This document shows positions 24,380 to 32,000 of a DNA stretch of 32,000 bases, one piece after another. The notes under the pieces were generated by a model. That model did no database searches. It was given only the letters and a program-made list of their open reading frames with translations, and was not told where the DNA came from. Both the position numbers and the translations under genes were made by a program. The DNA is from Candidatus Syntropharchaeum caldarium (GTDB taxonomy: Archaea > Halobacteriota > Syntropharchaeia > Syntropharchaeales > Syntropharchaeaceae): positions 60,001-92,000 of the forward strand of contig LYOS01000001.1 of assembly GCA_001766815.1 (NCBI GenBank), read 5' to 3'. Position 1 is the stretch's first letter. Each line of letters starts with the position of its first letter.

Positions 24380-24979
24380 ATGGAACTGAAATATGAGCAT
24401 GGGAAGATAATAATCGAGAATAAAGTCATTACTACTTTGGATAGATTTGTCTTGGATTTCACGAAATTGCTTGAGGAGTATGTGGATTACGTGATTGTAA
24501 GCGGGTATGTTGTGATTCTTTTTGGAAGGGCACGTGGCACTGAGGATATTGATATACTCCTGAGAAAAATGGATAAATCCTTATTTGGTTCTTTTTACCA
24601 GAGATTAGGCGACGAGGGGTATTATTTTTTGAATCCAGAAGATGAAAATGGATTATATGAAATGTTGGAAGATGGACTAAGAGTGAGAGTTGCAAAGGAG
24701 GATATGATAATACCAAATATTGAACTGAAGTTCGCGAGGGATGACTTTGATAAATATGCGATTGATAAGAAACAGGGGGTTATTATTGGCGAACAGCATC
24801 TATTTATCTCTCCAATCGAATTACAGATACCCTACAAGCTGTATTTGGGTAGCGACAAGGATGTAGAAGATGCGGTATATCTCTGGGAAATCTTTAAGGA
24901 AAAGATAGACAAAGCTCTGATGAGAACGTTCATGCGAGAACTGAAGGTAACCGGTGATGATTATGGAATTGAAGTTTGA
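24380..24979 (+). CDS. Nucleotidyltransferase-fold protein (DUF2204/AbiEii-like by impression)
   Basis: 199 aa. VSGYVVILFGRARGTEDIDILL resembles the G..R.T.DID NTase motif. Confidence 0.5.
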   Translation: MELKYEHGKIIIENKVITTLDRFVLDFTKLLEEYVDYVIVSGYVVILFGRARGTEDIDILLRKMDKSLFGSFYQRLGDEGYYFLNPEDENGLYEMLEDGLRVRVAKEDMIIPNIELKFARDDFDKYAIDKKQGVIIGEQHLFISPIELQIPYKLYLGSDKDVEDAVYLWEIFKEKIDKALMRTFMRELKVTGDDYGIEV

Positions 24980-25175
24980 AAGAGAAGAAAATTTGAAAGA
25001 GAGGCTGAAATTCATCCATCGTTATGCTAAATGGGTTAAAGATACACCAAATGAAGTGTGGAGTAGACAACAGGCTGAATTGATCGATAGCTTTATGCTG
25101 AATGCCAGGAATTTCAATATCTCCAGAAAGAAATACCTCGAGATGAAAAGCGTAACAGGTGACCGTGATGCCTAA
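24954..25175 (+). CDS. Small partner protein (73 aa), unknown function
   Basis: Overlaps the upstream NTase-like gene by 26 nt, giving a two-gene module. No motif recognised. Confidence 0.4.
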   Translation: MMIMELKFEREENLKERLKFIHRYAKWVKDTPNEVWSRQQAELIDSFMLNARNFNISRKKYLEMKSVTGDRDA

Positions 25176-25182
25176 ACGGGTT

Positions 25183-25260
25183 GAGCATTATTCTTATGAG
25201 ATGGATCGGGTGTTCTTTGAGCGACAGGGCATTTCTGGTGTGTTGCAGGGGAGAGAATAA
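25183..25260 (+). pseudogene. wecB: wecB 5' fragment F2
   Basis: Translates to EHYSYEMDRVFFE and then diverges. It shares the about 38-nt core AGCATTATTCTTATGAGATGGATCGGGTGTTCTTTGAG (25184-25221) with F1 and F5. Confidence 0.65.
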
Positions 25261-25285
25261 ATAGGTTAACCTTCAAAGGACGTGT

Positions 25286-25702
25286 ATGAACATGGATCTA
25301 TATAGGGGTCGTAAAATGCCTGCGAAAATAGAGAAGGCGATTGAAAGGATCAAAAACACAGAAGGGTTTGAAAAGGTAAAGTTCATCATCCTGTATGGGT
25401 CATCTGCAGCAGGGCAGATGAGGAAAGATTCAGATATAGACCTCTGCATATACTATGATGGGAGTATCGAAGAGTCTTCAAGGTTCAGGTTTGGAGTGCT
25501 CTCTGAGGTTTTTGATGACACCTACGACATCCAGATCTTTCAGCTTCTTCCGCTTTATGTGAGGAGGGAAGTCCTGAAGGGGGAGGTGCTATACTGCAAA
25601 GATAAGCAGTTTTTATACGAGGTAGCCCTCGATACAATAAGGAATTTTGAGGCGTTTAAGCACAGATTTTATGATTACATCGGAGAAAGAGCGATCACAT
25701 GA
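25286..25702 (+). CDS. mntA: Minimal nucleotidyltransferase (MNT) antitoxin
   Basis: FIILYGSSAAGQMRKDSDIDLCIYY is the NTase motif. An alternative start is ATG 25316 (MPAKIEK). Confidence 0.75.
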   Translation: MNMDLYRGRKMPAKIEKAIERIKNTEGFEKVKFIILYGSSAAGQMRKDSDIDLCIYYDGSIEESSRFRFGVLSEVFDDTYDIQIFQLLPLYVRREVLKGEVLYCKDKQFLYEVALDTIRNFEAFKHRFYDYIGERAIT

Positions 25703-26040
25703 TTTGAGGAGTTCTCGGGTCTTGGCCTGATTAAAGATGGCATATACAAGAGGATGGAATTTTGTATTGAAAACGTCTTTGATATCTGTGCAATCATCAA
25801 CACAGACCTTGAGCTTGGAGTTCCGCGTGACGATGAGGACATCATAGTGAATCTGGTAAAGAACGAGATACTTAGTGAGGAGACGATAGAGAAGCTGAAA
25901 GGCATGAGGGTTTTAGAAACATAGTCGTTCACAGGTATGGTGCGATAGATGATAAACTTACTTTTGAGATATTGAAAGAGAATTCAGGGGATTTTTATGC
26001 ATTCATAAAGCGGATTGAGGAGTTTATGGGGGCTTATTGA
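25703..26040 (+). pseudogene. hepT: HEPN/DUF86 toxin gene, disabled (no start codon, -1 frameshift before the active site)
   Basis: Frame A reads FEEFSGLGLIKDGIYKRMEFCIENVFDICAIINTDL...EKLKGMRVLET*. Frame B reads EGFRNIVVHRYGAIDDKLTFEILKENSGDFYAFIKRIEEFMGAY*. A G-run at 25908-25910 is one G short of restoring GMRGFRNIVVH (the Rx4H motif). The frame opens directly after the MNT stop, with no ATG. Confidence 0.7.
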
Positions 26041-26059
26041 GGTGAAAAGGGGGAGTGAG

Positions 26060-26173
26060 GGGAGAGGCATAGATCACTTTATCTTGCATACAGGGCAACA
26101 TTACTGCTGCAACATAGATGGAGTAATTTTTGACGAAGATAGAACACCGTGTTTGGGAGGAGAAGGTTTATAA
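26060..26173 (+). pseudogene. wecB: wecB 5' fragment F3 (most diverged)
   Basis: Translates to GRGIDHFILHTGQHYCCNIDGVIFDEDRTPCLGGEGL*. The ILHTGQHY core matches the WecB HTxQHY motif. Confidence 0.55.
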
Positions 26174-26209
26174 AAGTGCCTTGAATATTTAAATAAAGGA
26201 GAGCTATAA

Positions 26210-26425
26210 ATGCAGACGGTCAAATCCTCGGTTGCAAGAGGCATAATAACAAGACTCACACAGATCCAGGAGGAGATCGGAGATCTTGTTGAGGAGCTTG
26301 AGATCCTGAGTGATGAGGAGCTTATGAGAGATATTGAGGAGAGTGAGAAGGACTTTGAGGAGGGGAGGTATTACACGTTTGAAGAGATAATGGACTTACA
26401 TAAGAAGCTGGGCAAAAATGAGTAG
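26210..26425 (+). CDS. relB: Archaeal RelB-type antitoxin
   Basis: 71 aa. The pattern SDEELMRDIEESEKDFEEGRYYTFEEIMDL resembles archaeal RelB (aRelB) C-terminal regions. It overlaps the RelE gene by 8 nt. Confidence 0.6.
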   Translation: MQTVKSSVARGIITRLTQIQEEIGDLVEELEILSDEELMRDIEESEKDFEEGRYYTFEEIMDLHKKLGKNE

Positions 26426-26672
26426 AAAGCCAGAAATTATCTTCTCTCCAAAGTTTAAAGAGATATTCGAAAAGCTGGATTTTGAAAACCGTGAAAGGAT
26501 AATTAAGCATCTGAAACAGATAGAGCAGAACCCAGAGATCGGAAAACCCCTCAGATACTCGCTTAAGGGATTCAGATCGATAAGAATCGGAAAGTACAGA
26601 CTTATCTATGCGATCGAGGAGGATGTGATAAGGGTGTATGCATTTGAGCACAGGAAGGGGGTTTATAAGTAA
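26418..26672 (+). CDS. relE: RelE/ParE-family toxin
   Basis: 84 aa. FRSIRIGKYRLIYAIEEDVIRVYAFEHRKGVY is the typical RelE C-terminal pattern. Confidence 0.8.
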   Translation: MSRKPEIIFSPKFKEIFEKLDFENRERIIKHLKQIEQNPEIGKPLRYSLKGFRSIRIGKYRLIYAIEEDVIRVYAFEHRKGVYK

Positions 26673-26782
26673 TGGGTGAGCTTTGCACTATCCTCGGCAC
26701 ACGACCACTTGAGATAATCAAGATGTCACCTGTGATAGGGCGTGTGAGAGCGAGTGGTGATATAGCAGTTGGCATGGAATAA
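26672..26782 (+). pseudogene. wecB: wecB 5' fragment F4 (residues 1-about 36)
   Basis: Translates to MGELCTILGTRPLEIIKMSPVIGRVRASGDIAVGME*. GTRPEIIK-SPVI is the WecB N-terminal signature. Its ATG overlaps the RelE stop (TAATG). Confidence 0.65.
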
Positions 26783-26800
26783 ATATTCATTGGAGGGAAG

Positions 26801-27184
26801 ATGCGAAAAGAAGTTAAAGAATGGTGGAAACAGGCATTGAAAGACCTGGATAGTGCTGAAAAAAACCTGAATATCGGGGAATATTATTTAACTGCTTTTC
26901 TATGTCAGCAGAGCGTTGAAAAGTCACTTAAAGCCCTGTATATACATAAATTAAAAGAATCGCCAGGTCCGACTCACTCTTTAATCTTTCTTGGCAAGGA
27001 AGTTGGCATTCCAGAAGAGTATCACAGCACGTTGAGACGATTATCTCCAGACTTCGTGATCACAAGATATCCAGATGCTGCTCACACTGTCCCCTATGAG
27101 TTATATGACGAAGAGATCGCAAAGGAGCGATTGGAGCGGTCAATGAAGGTGATAGAATGGATAAGAAAAGAACTGATGAAATAG
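26801..27184 (+). CDS. HEPN-domain protein (classical HEPN family)
   Basis: 127 aa. Strings EKNLNIGEYYLTAFLCQQSVEKSLKAL and ITRYPDAAH (the Rx5H motif). Confidence 0.75.
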   Translation: MRKEVKEWWKQALKDLDSAEKNLNIGEYYLTAFLCQQSVEKSLKALYIHKLKESPGPTHSLIFLGKEVGIPEEYHSTLRRLSPDFVITRYPDAAHTVPYELYDEEIAKERLERSMKVIEWIRKELMK

Positions 27185-27477
27185 ATCAATTTTTAAAGCA
27201 GGTTGAGAGGGAATTTAAACCTGAGCATATCATTCTCTTTGGAAGCAGGGCTGGAGAGGATTATTTGGAGCAGAGTGATTACGATATTATCGTTGTCAGT
27301 GAGATGTTTGAAGGTATCCATTTTTTAAACAGAATGACGATGCTCTATGAATTATGGGACTATGATTTCGACCTGGACATACTGGCATACACACCCGATG
27401 AATTCGAAGAGAAGAAAAAAGAGATCGGGATCGTGAGTGAGGCTGTGAAAGAGGGAATTGAACTGGCTAAAACATGA
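27157..27477 (+). CDS. Nucleotidyltransferase (NTP_transf_2) partner of the HEPN protein
   Basis: IILFGSRAGEDYLEQSDYDIIVVSE is the NTase motif. It overlaps the HEPN gene by 28 nt. Confidence 0.75.
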   Translation: MDKKRTDEIDQFLKQVEREFKPEHIILFGSRAGEDYLEQSDYDIIVVSEMFEGIHFLNRMTMLYELWDYDFDLDILAYTPDEFEEKKKEIGIVSEAVKEGIELAKT

Positions 27478-27513
27478 GTGGTTCATAATGCGTGAAAAGA
27501 CCTGCACACCCCC

Positions 27514-27665
27514 GGAACAAGACCAGAGTTTATCAAGATATCGCCTGTATCAGGGTGTGTGAGGGCTCGGGGCTGGATTACCTTGTTCTGCATACAGGTC
27601 AGCATTATTCTTATGAGATGGACAGGGTGTTCTTTCAGGAGATTGAAATGCCTGATGTGAAGTAT
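27514..27665 (+). pseudogene. wecB: wecB 5' fragment F5 (residues about 5-78, one frameshift)
   Basis: GTRPEFIKISPV in one frame, then IRVCEGSGLDYLVLHTGQHYSYEMDRVFFQEIEMPDVKY in the frame of ORF 27492..27707. Homology stops after DVKY. Confidence 0.7.
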
Positions 27666-27711
27666 AAACCACGAGAGAAGATTTATAATTTATACAATGC
27701 AAAATAAATAA

Positions 27712-27869
27712 ATGAGCATGATGAGGACTCACAGTATTGGCGAGTATCAAAAGGATGATATTGAAAGAAAGATAACTGCTGTTTTAAAGAGAAGAAATGA
27801 AATCGAGTTTGCATATCTTCACGGCTCATTTTTGGAAGGTGACTTTCGAGATATCGATCTTGCGATTTA
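27712..27869 (+). pseudogene. 5' fragment of an MNT-type nucleotidyltransferase gene abutting IS630
   Basis: The fragment reads ...EFAYLHGSFLEGDFRDIDLAIY. The NTase motif is present but the ORF runs into the IS left end at 27870. The body of the gene is missing. Confidence 0.55.
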
Positions 27870-27915
27870 TAGTATTAGACAAAACATTTTTAACTAACAA
27901 GTACAATTTACCTGT

Positions 27916-28398
27916 ATGGGACGAAGACCCGAAAAAGAAGTTGTTAAGTGGCTGACCCTGGAAGAGCTGAACGAAGAGATTCGAAGTAGAAAAGTATGCG
28001 CAGAAGTCCTCAGAAAACTTTTCTTCATCAAAGAACTCTACAAAGGAGCAGCTGTTCCAAAAGCAGCTAAAGAGGTGGGGGTAAGCAAAGTCATAGGCTA
28101 TGTGTGGCTTGAGAACTGGAACGAGAAAGGATTGGAAGGACTTAAACCGAATTATGGTGGAGGTAGACCTTCAGAACTGACTGAAGAGCAGAAAGAAGAA
28201 CTCAAGAAAATACTTGAGAAGAGAGATGACTGGACCACAAGAGAAGTAAGAGAGCTCATCAATGAGGAGTTTGGTGTTGAATACAGCATAAGGCATCTCA
28301 GCAGAATACTGAAATCATTTGGGATGAAGTACTCAAAACCCTATCAGCAAGATTACAGAAGACCTGAAAATGCTGAAGAAGAGCTTAAAAAAACTTGA
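27916..28398 (+). CDS. IS630 transposase, N-terminal HTH part (orfA)
   Basis: 160 aa with a helix-turn-helix/winged-helix region (AAKEVGVSKVIGYVWLENWNEKGLEGL). It ends in the A7 run at 28387-28393. Confidence 0.8.
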   Translation: MGRRPEKEVVKWLTLEELNEEIRSRKVCAEVLRKLFFIKELYKGAAVPKAAKEVGVSKVIGYVWLENWNEKGLEGLKPNYGGGRPSELTEEQKEELKKILEKRDDWTTREVRELINEEFGVEYSIRHLSRILKSFGMKYSKPYQQDYRRPENAEEELKKT

Positions 28399-28930
28399 TG
28401 AGCTTGATACTGATCTGAAAGAATGCATTATAGGATTTCTGGATGAGACTTCACCTCAACTCACCTCAAATACCCAACGCTTGTGGTCATTCAATAAACC
28501 AGCTGTTAAGAAGAACACCACAAAGATGAGAGCAAATACCTTCGGTTTCTATGCAATAAATGGGGAGAGTGTTGTAGATTTTAAAGAAAATTCAAAGAAG
28601 GAATCTGTATGTGAGTTTCTGGAGAGGATAAGAGAAAGAAATCCAGAGAAGACCATAGTAATCATTCTTGATAACTTCAGATCACACTGGGCTAAGAAAA
28701 CAAGGAGAAAAGCAAGAAAGCTGAACATAATTCTTATCTTCCTACCGCCTTACTCACCTGATCTGAATCCAATTGAGCAGATCTGGAGAATCATAAAGAG
28801 AGTTCTTTCACCACTCTTCATCAAAACATTGGATGAGCTCAAAAAAGTCATCTCGAAGAGTTTTTATGAGCTAACACAAAGGATCAGCTTTGCAGAAAAG
28901 TGGATTAAGAGGTTCTTGAATATTGGTTAA
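28370..28930 (+). CDS. IS630 transposase, DDE catalytic part (orfB)
   Basis: Candidate catalytic residues in FLDETS, VIILDNFRSH and YSPDLNPIEQIW (DDE/D triad spacing typical of IS630). It is in the +1 frame relative to orfA. Confidence 0.8.
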   Translation: MLKKSLKKLDELDTDLKECIIGFLDETSPQLTSNTQRLWSFNKPAVKKNTTKMRANTFGFYAINGESVVDFKENSKKESVCEFLERIRERNPEKTIVIILDNFRSHWAKKTRRKARKLNIILIFLPPYSPDLNPIEQIWRIIKRVLSPLFIKTLDELKKVISKSFYELTQRISFAEKWIKRFLNIG

Positions 28931-29037
28931 GTTTGTTATGTTAGATACTATAAACCAAGAATACACCCAATAACCGCCCCTGCAAGGGTGCGTTTTGTGA
29001 GCCAGTTTACTATATCACTCATTTTTTCAAACATTTT

Positions 29038-29610
29038 TCATATCGCCTCTCTCATGAGAAACATGAATAGTCCACGTACAGGCATAAAAATCCATATTGC
29101 AGATCCTATTATCAAAATGAGGTTACTGATCTTATCAGAATATGTCCTCGTTGCACCTACCCCGATCAACCCAAGAGCCAGTATCTCAACGACATGAAAA
29201 GACGCATCGGATCCAAATAGATTATCTTGAAGAATATATTCCACCGTCCACCACATACCATCGAGAAATTCACCTGGATATGTCAATCCAAGAACAAACG
29301 CATCCCCTGCTATTCCCAAGATGTATCCTATCGAGCAGCCAAAGAAGGCTATTACGGGCGATACATCCTTATAGAAGAGTGCAAACGCAAGCGGCAGGAT
29401 TGTTATAGTGAGAATCCACCCACTCATCATCGGCACAAAGGGCAGATCTACGCCAAAGTACTCAGCAATGCTGAAAACGCCTCTTGGAGCTATCATGGCT
29501 AAAAAGATAAGGACTGGAATTATCACCTCTTTTCTATTCACAATTCCTGTTACATACCTGCGTCCACAGACAATATCAACGTCTCCCACTTTAAACCAAC
29601 CATGGTGCAT
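29038..29610 (-). CDS. Hypothetical polytopic membrane protein (190 aa)
   Basis: About 5 hydrophobic segments. It begins 18 nt downstream of the NAD-kinase-like gene on the same strand. No family recognised. Confidence 0.5.
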   Translation of the reverse strand: MHHGWFKVGDVDIVCGRRYVTGIVNRKEVIIPVLIFLAMIAPRGVFSIAEYFGVDLPFVPMMSGWILTITILPLAFALFYKDVSPVIAFFGCSIGYILGIAGDAFVLGLTYPGEFLDGMWWTVEYILQDNLFGSDASFHVVEILALGLIGVGATRTYSDKISNLILIIGSAIWIFMPVRGLFMFLMREAI

Positions 29611-29628
29611 CGTTTTTTGTATATAAAG

Positions 29629-30735
29629 CTATCGCAGAACCTTCTTCCTCTGTGCCATCCTGTAGCCGCATACAACGCTTATATACCCGCTAAGCTCGCT
29701 ATCAAGCGCCCGATCCCCGGTATCAACAAAAAGAAACGGCAGATCCCTGAGCTTCTGTGGGGTTGCAACAACGATGATATTCTCAACTCCCACCTTTCTT
29801 ATCACACGAGCGCTTATCTGCTGGTTGCCCCGACCAAGGATTGCACCCTGTCTTCCAAGCGGGCTTACGATGATCGTGACCTTATCCTCTCCATCGATGA
29901 GATCAAGTATCTCTGACTCGTTAAGATCCACTCCCACGATCTTCTGATTCTTAACAGCATCAACACCAAGCAGCGTCTTGGGAAGTCCCAGAAGATCACA
30001 TATCGCCTTTGTCGTTGTCCCAGGTCCCAGAATATAGATCGAGTCATCTTTCATGATCTCTGATAAAAACCATGCAATCTCTGCCTTTGATATCTCCTCG
30101 CTCGCGTCATGGATGATCGCTTTACCTTCCTGAATCAGTCCTGGCATCTGAGGTGTTTTTGCATACCCGAAGAGCCTGATATCGAGTACGCCCTCTCTGT
30201 ACTTCTCTTCATCGATATCAAGGATCTCTGACTCCCCCATGATCGTTTTCCCCCCAAAGAACGCCTTTAAAAGCTCTCTGGCAGATGCTGGATTCAGGGC
30301 AAATACACCAGAGTACATCTTGACACCCGCGGGTATCCCGAGAACTGGTATCCTCTCCTGAACAACCGAGTATACATCCCTTGCAGTTCCATCGCCCCCA
30401 CAGAATAAGATCAGATCGACCTTTTCATCAAGAAACAACCGGCAGATCTTTTCTGTATCCCCGGCAGATGTCACCAGAGGCGGTTCATAGATCACTCTGT
30501 AAGTGATACCAGCGCTCTTAAGAACACTCTCTCCCATATTCCCTGCTGCAGTTAGAAATACTGTCGCTTCAGGGGTATCAAGGTTCTCAAGTGCCTGCTC
30601 TGCTTTTATATGTGCTACAGGTGACGCCCCTCGCTCTTTTGCGAGATCAAGAACCCCATCGGTTCCCTTAAGTCCAACAGACCCACCCATTCCTGATATC
30701 GGGTTTATTAGAAATCCGATCTTACATCTTGCCAT
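29629..30735 (-). CDS. ATP-NAD kinase-like (DAGK/NADK fold, COG3199-type) protein
   Basis: 368 aa. Motifs INPISGMGGSVGLKGTDG and LILFCGGDGTARDV (the GGDGT motif). Confidence 0.7.
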   Translation of the reverse strand: MARCKIGFLINPISGMGGSVGLKGTDGVLDLAKERGASPVAHIKAEQALENLDTPEATVFLTAAGNMGESVLKSAGITYRVIYEPPLVTSAGDTEKICRLFLDEKVDLILFCGGDGTARDVYSVVQERIPVLGIPAGVKMYSGVFALNPASARELLKAFFGGKTIMGESEILDIDEEKYREGVLDIRLFGYAKTPQMPGLIQEGKAIIHDASEEISKAEIAWFLSEIMKDDSIYILGPGTTTKAICDLLGLPKTLLGVDAVKNQKIVGVDLNESEILDLIDGEDKVTIIVSPLGRQGAILGRGNQQISARVIRKVGVENIIVVATPQKLRDLPFLFVDTGDRALDSELSGYISVVCGYRMAQRKKVLR

Positions 30736-30739
30736 GAAC

Positions 30740-31924
30740 TCAGGAAGATATCTCTTCCTCGATCCTTATAAGCTCGTTGAGTTTTGCGATCCGTTCGCCT
30801 CCGACAACCCCGGTCTTTATGATCGGGGCATTCAGGCCCACGGCAAGGTGTGCGATCGTATTATCGGTGGTCTCGCCCGATCGATGCGAGATGACACATG
30901 CATAACCATTCGAGACCGCAAGATGAATCGCATCGAATGTATCAGTGAGCGTTCCGATCTGGTTGGGCTTGATCAGAACACAATTTGAAGCTCCCATCTC
31001 AATTCCACGCTTTATTCGCTCCGGATTTGTAACAAAAAGATCGTCGCCACATATAATACATTTGACAGACGATGTGAGTGTTGCAAACCCCTCAAAATCC
31101 TCTTCATCGAGTGGATCTTCGAGATAATATATTTTATAGCGATCAATAAGTTCTCCCAGATATGCGATCTGTTCATCCCGAGATCTTGACTTATCCCTGT
31201 ATCTGTAGGCTTCTCCATCCCATAGCTCTGATGCTGCAACGTCAAGCCCGATCCTGATCTCAAAACCCATCTCGTCACTGATCGCACCTGTTGCCTCGGC
31301 CATCAGTTCAAGAGCGTCTTCATTTGTGATTGGTGGTGCCCATGCGCCCTCGTCCCCTTTGGCACAGGTTATGCCCTTTGCTGTGAGAAGCTCTTTCACG
31401 CGCCTGTGAACCTTTGCGTTTGCAAATACAGAATCTACAGCGTGTTCTGACCCAACGGGAATGGATAAAAACTCCTGTATGTCTGTGGCGCCTTTGGCAT
31501 GGACACCGCCACCTATCACGTTTCCAAGTGGATGTGGAATGGAGGAGAAGGCACCACCGATGTAGCGATAGAGGGGTATACCAAGTGATGATGCAGCCGC
31601 CTTTGCAGCAGCCATCGAGATTGCGACAGCGACGTTTCCACCTATATTTGAGAAGTCATCAGTTCCATCAATCTCATGGAGCGTTTTATCAATCTGCCTC
31701 TGATCAAGCACATCGCATCCTGTAAGTTTGGGGATCACGTTACTCTCTGCCTTTGCGATTGCATCATCCACAGGGATCACTTTTGCTTCGTATGTTCCTG
31801 TGCTTGCACCGCTTGGCGCAGCAGCCTGACCCCATCCTTCCTGAGTTAAGATTTCAGCCTCAACCGTTGGATTCCCTCGACTATCCTGTATCTTCCGCAA
31901 AAAAATCTTCTCAACCGGTATCAT
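30740..31924 (-). CDS. eno: Enolase (phosphopyruvate hydratase)
   Basis: Motifs [42 protein letters not shown] and SHRSGETTD. At 394 aa it is shorter than most enolases. Confidence 0.9.
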   Translation of the reverse strand: MIPVEKIFLRKIQDSRGNPTVEAEILTQEGWGQAAAPSGASTGTYEAKVIPVDDAIAKAESNVIPKLTGCDVLDQRQIDKTLHEIDGTDDFSNIGGNVAVAISMAAAKAAASSLGIPLYRYIGGAFSSIPHPLGNVIGGGVHAKGATDIQEFLSIPVGSEHAVDSVFANAKVHRRVKELLTAKGITCAKGDEGAWAPPITNEDALELMAEATGAISDEMGFEIRIGLDVAASELWDGEAYRYRDKSRSRDEQIAYLGELIDRYKIYYLEDPLDEEDFEGFATLTSSVKCIICGDDLFVTNPERIKRGIEMGASNCVLIKPNQIGTLTDTFDAIHLAVSNGYACVISHRSGETTDNTIAHLAVGLNAPIIKTGVVGGERIAKLNELIRIEEEISS

Positions 31925-32000
31925 CTACTTCCTCCGAACTGTTATTGGTATTACTCCTTTCTCAAACTCAAGGAGTGCAATCTCAATCGGGTCCATCTCA
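31925..32000 (-). CDS. rpoK: DNA-directed RNA polymerase subunit K (Rpo6), 3' end only
   Basis: The minus strand reads ...EMDPIEIALLEFEKGVIPITVRRK*. It matches the RpoK C-terminus as I remember it from M. jannaschii (ALLEFEKGVIPITV). The stop TAG abuts the eno ATG, fitting the conserved archaeal rpoK-eno order. Confidence 0.75.
   Translation of the reverse strand, partial: EMDPIEIALLEFEKGVIPITVRRK

Larger units (their letters stand above)
27870..28950 (+). mobile_element. IS630/Tc1-mariner-family insertion sequence (1081 bp)
   Basis: Imperfect terminal inverted repeats: TAGTATTAGACAAAACA (left) and TAGTATCTAACATAACA (right, reverse complement), about 13 of the first 18 nt matching. The element is flanked by TA/TA (27868-27869 and 28951-28952), the family-typical target duplication. 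It carries two overlapping transposase ORFs. Confidence 0.8.

Noticed and set aside
23991-27869. A classical integron cassette array (attC sites, intI)
   Set aside because: I could not find R''/R' core sites (RYYYAAC / GTTRRRY) or attC-like imperfect palindromes at cassette boundaries. No integrase gene is in the window. The recurring element is a coding fragment of wecB instead.
30503-31725. + strand ORFs 30503..30988, 30945..31127 and 31414..31725
   Set aside because: They are antisense to the NAD-kinase-like and enolase genes, which carry unambiguous family motifs.
1-32000. Window being part of a Borg-like or other giant extrachromosomal element, or a virus
   Set aside because: A conserved rpoK-eno housekeeping block, amrS and moderate GC argue for chromosomal DNA. 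No replication or structural MGE genes were seen.
1-32000. Diversity-generating retroelement, retron or group II intron
   Set aside because: There is no reverse-transcriptase ORF and no TR/VR repeat pair. I could not recognise a group II 5' GUGYG or a domain V hairpin in the structured region at 8883-9400.

Overview
This is an archaeal chromosomal window. Evidence: BRE/TATA-type promoters, an rpoK-eno housekeeping cluster at the right edge, and a Methanosarcina-type 37-nt CRISPR repeat. My best guess is a Methanosarcinales organism (ANME-2 or Methanoperedens-like), by inference only.

Layout, left to right:
- amrS radical-SAM gene with a tightly coupled 33-codon Cys-rich ORF.
- A 398-bp MITE-like remnant of an rve transposase.
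- A four-gene cohesin/dockerin surface-protein operon (2.0-8.6 kb).
- A decayed DDE transposase containing a dense run of perfect hairpins.
- A cas-less CRISPR array of 32 identical repeats and 31 spacers (10243-12548), read from the minus strand.
- Envelope genes: a tail-anchored coiled-coil protein, DUF1616 and a beta-helix protein.
- A HepT/MntA pair and a CPBP protease.
- A bacterial-type PEP-CTERM / exosortase / EpsI locus followed by a GT2 glycosyltransferase.
- An array of toxin-antitoxin (TA) cassettes, each separated by a different, overlapping partial copy of the 5' end of a UDP-GlcNAc 2-epimerase (wecB) gene. The array ends at an IS630 element.
- A membrane protein, an NAD-kinase-like gene, enolase and the 3' end of rpoK.

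Most unusual observations:
1. The wecB-fragment-punctuated TA cassette array (23991-27869).
2. The balanced cohesin/dockerin operon, including a dockerin inserted into a small secreted domain.
3. The exosortase/EpsI system in an archaeal context, with substrates that share conserved ends but unrelated middles.
4. The hairpin cluster at 8883-9077.
5. The small Cys-rich ORF coupled to amrS.

All calls come from reading the sequence and from remembered family motifs. No database search was run.
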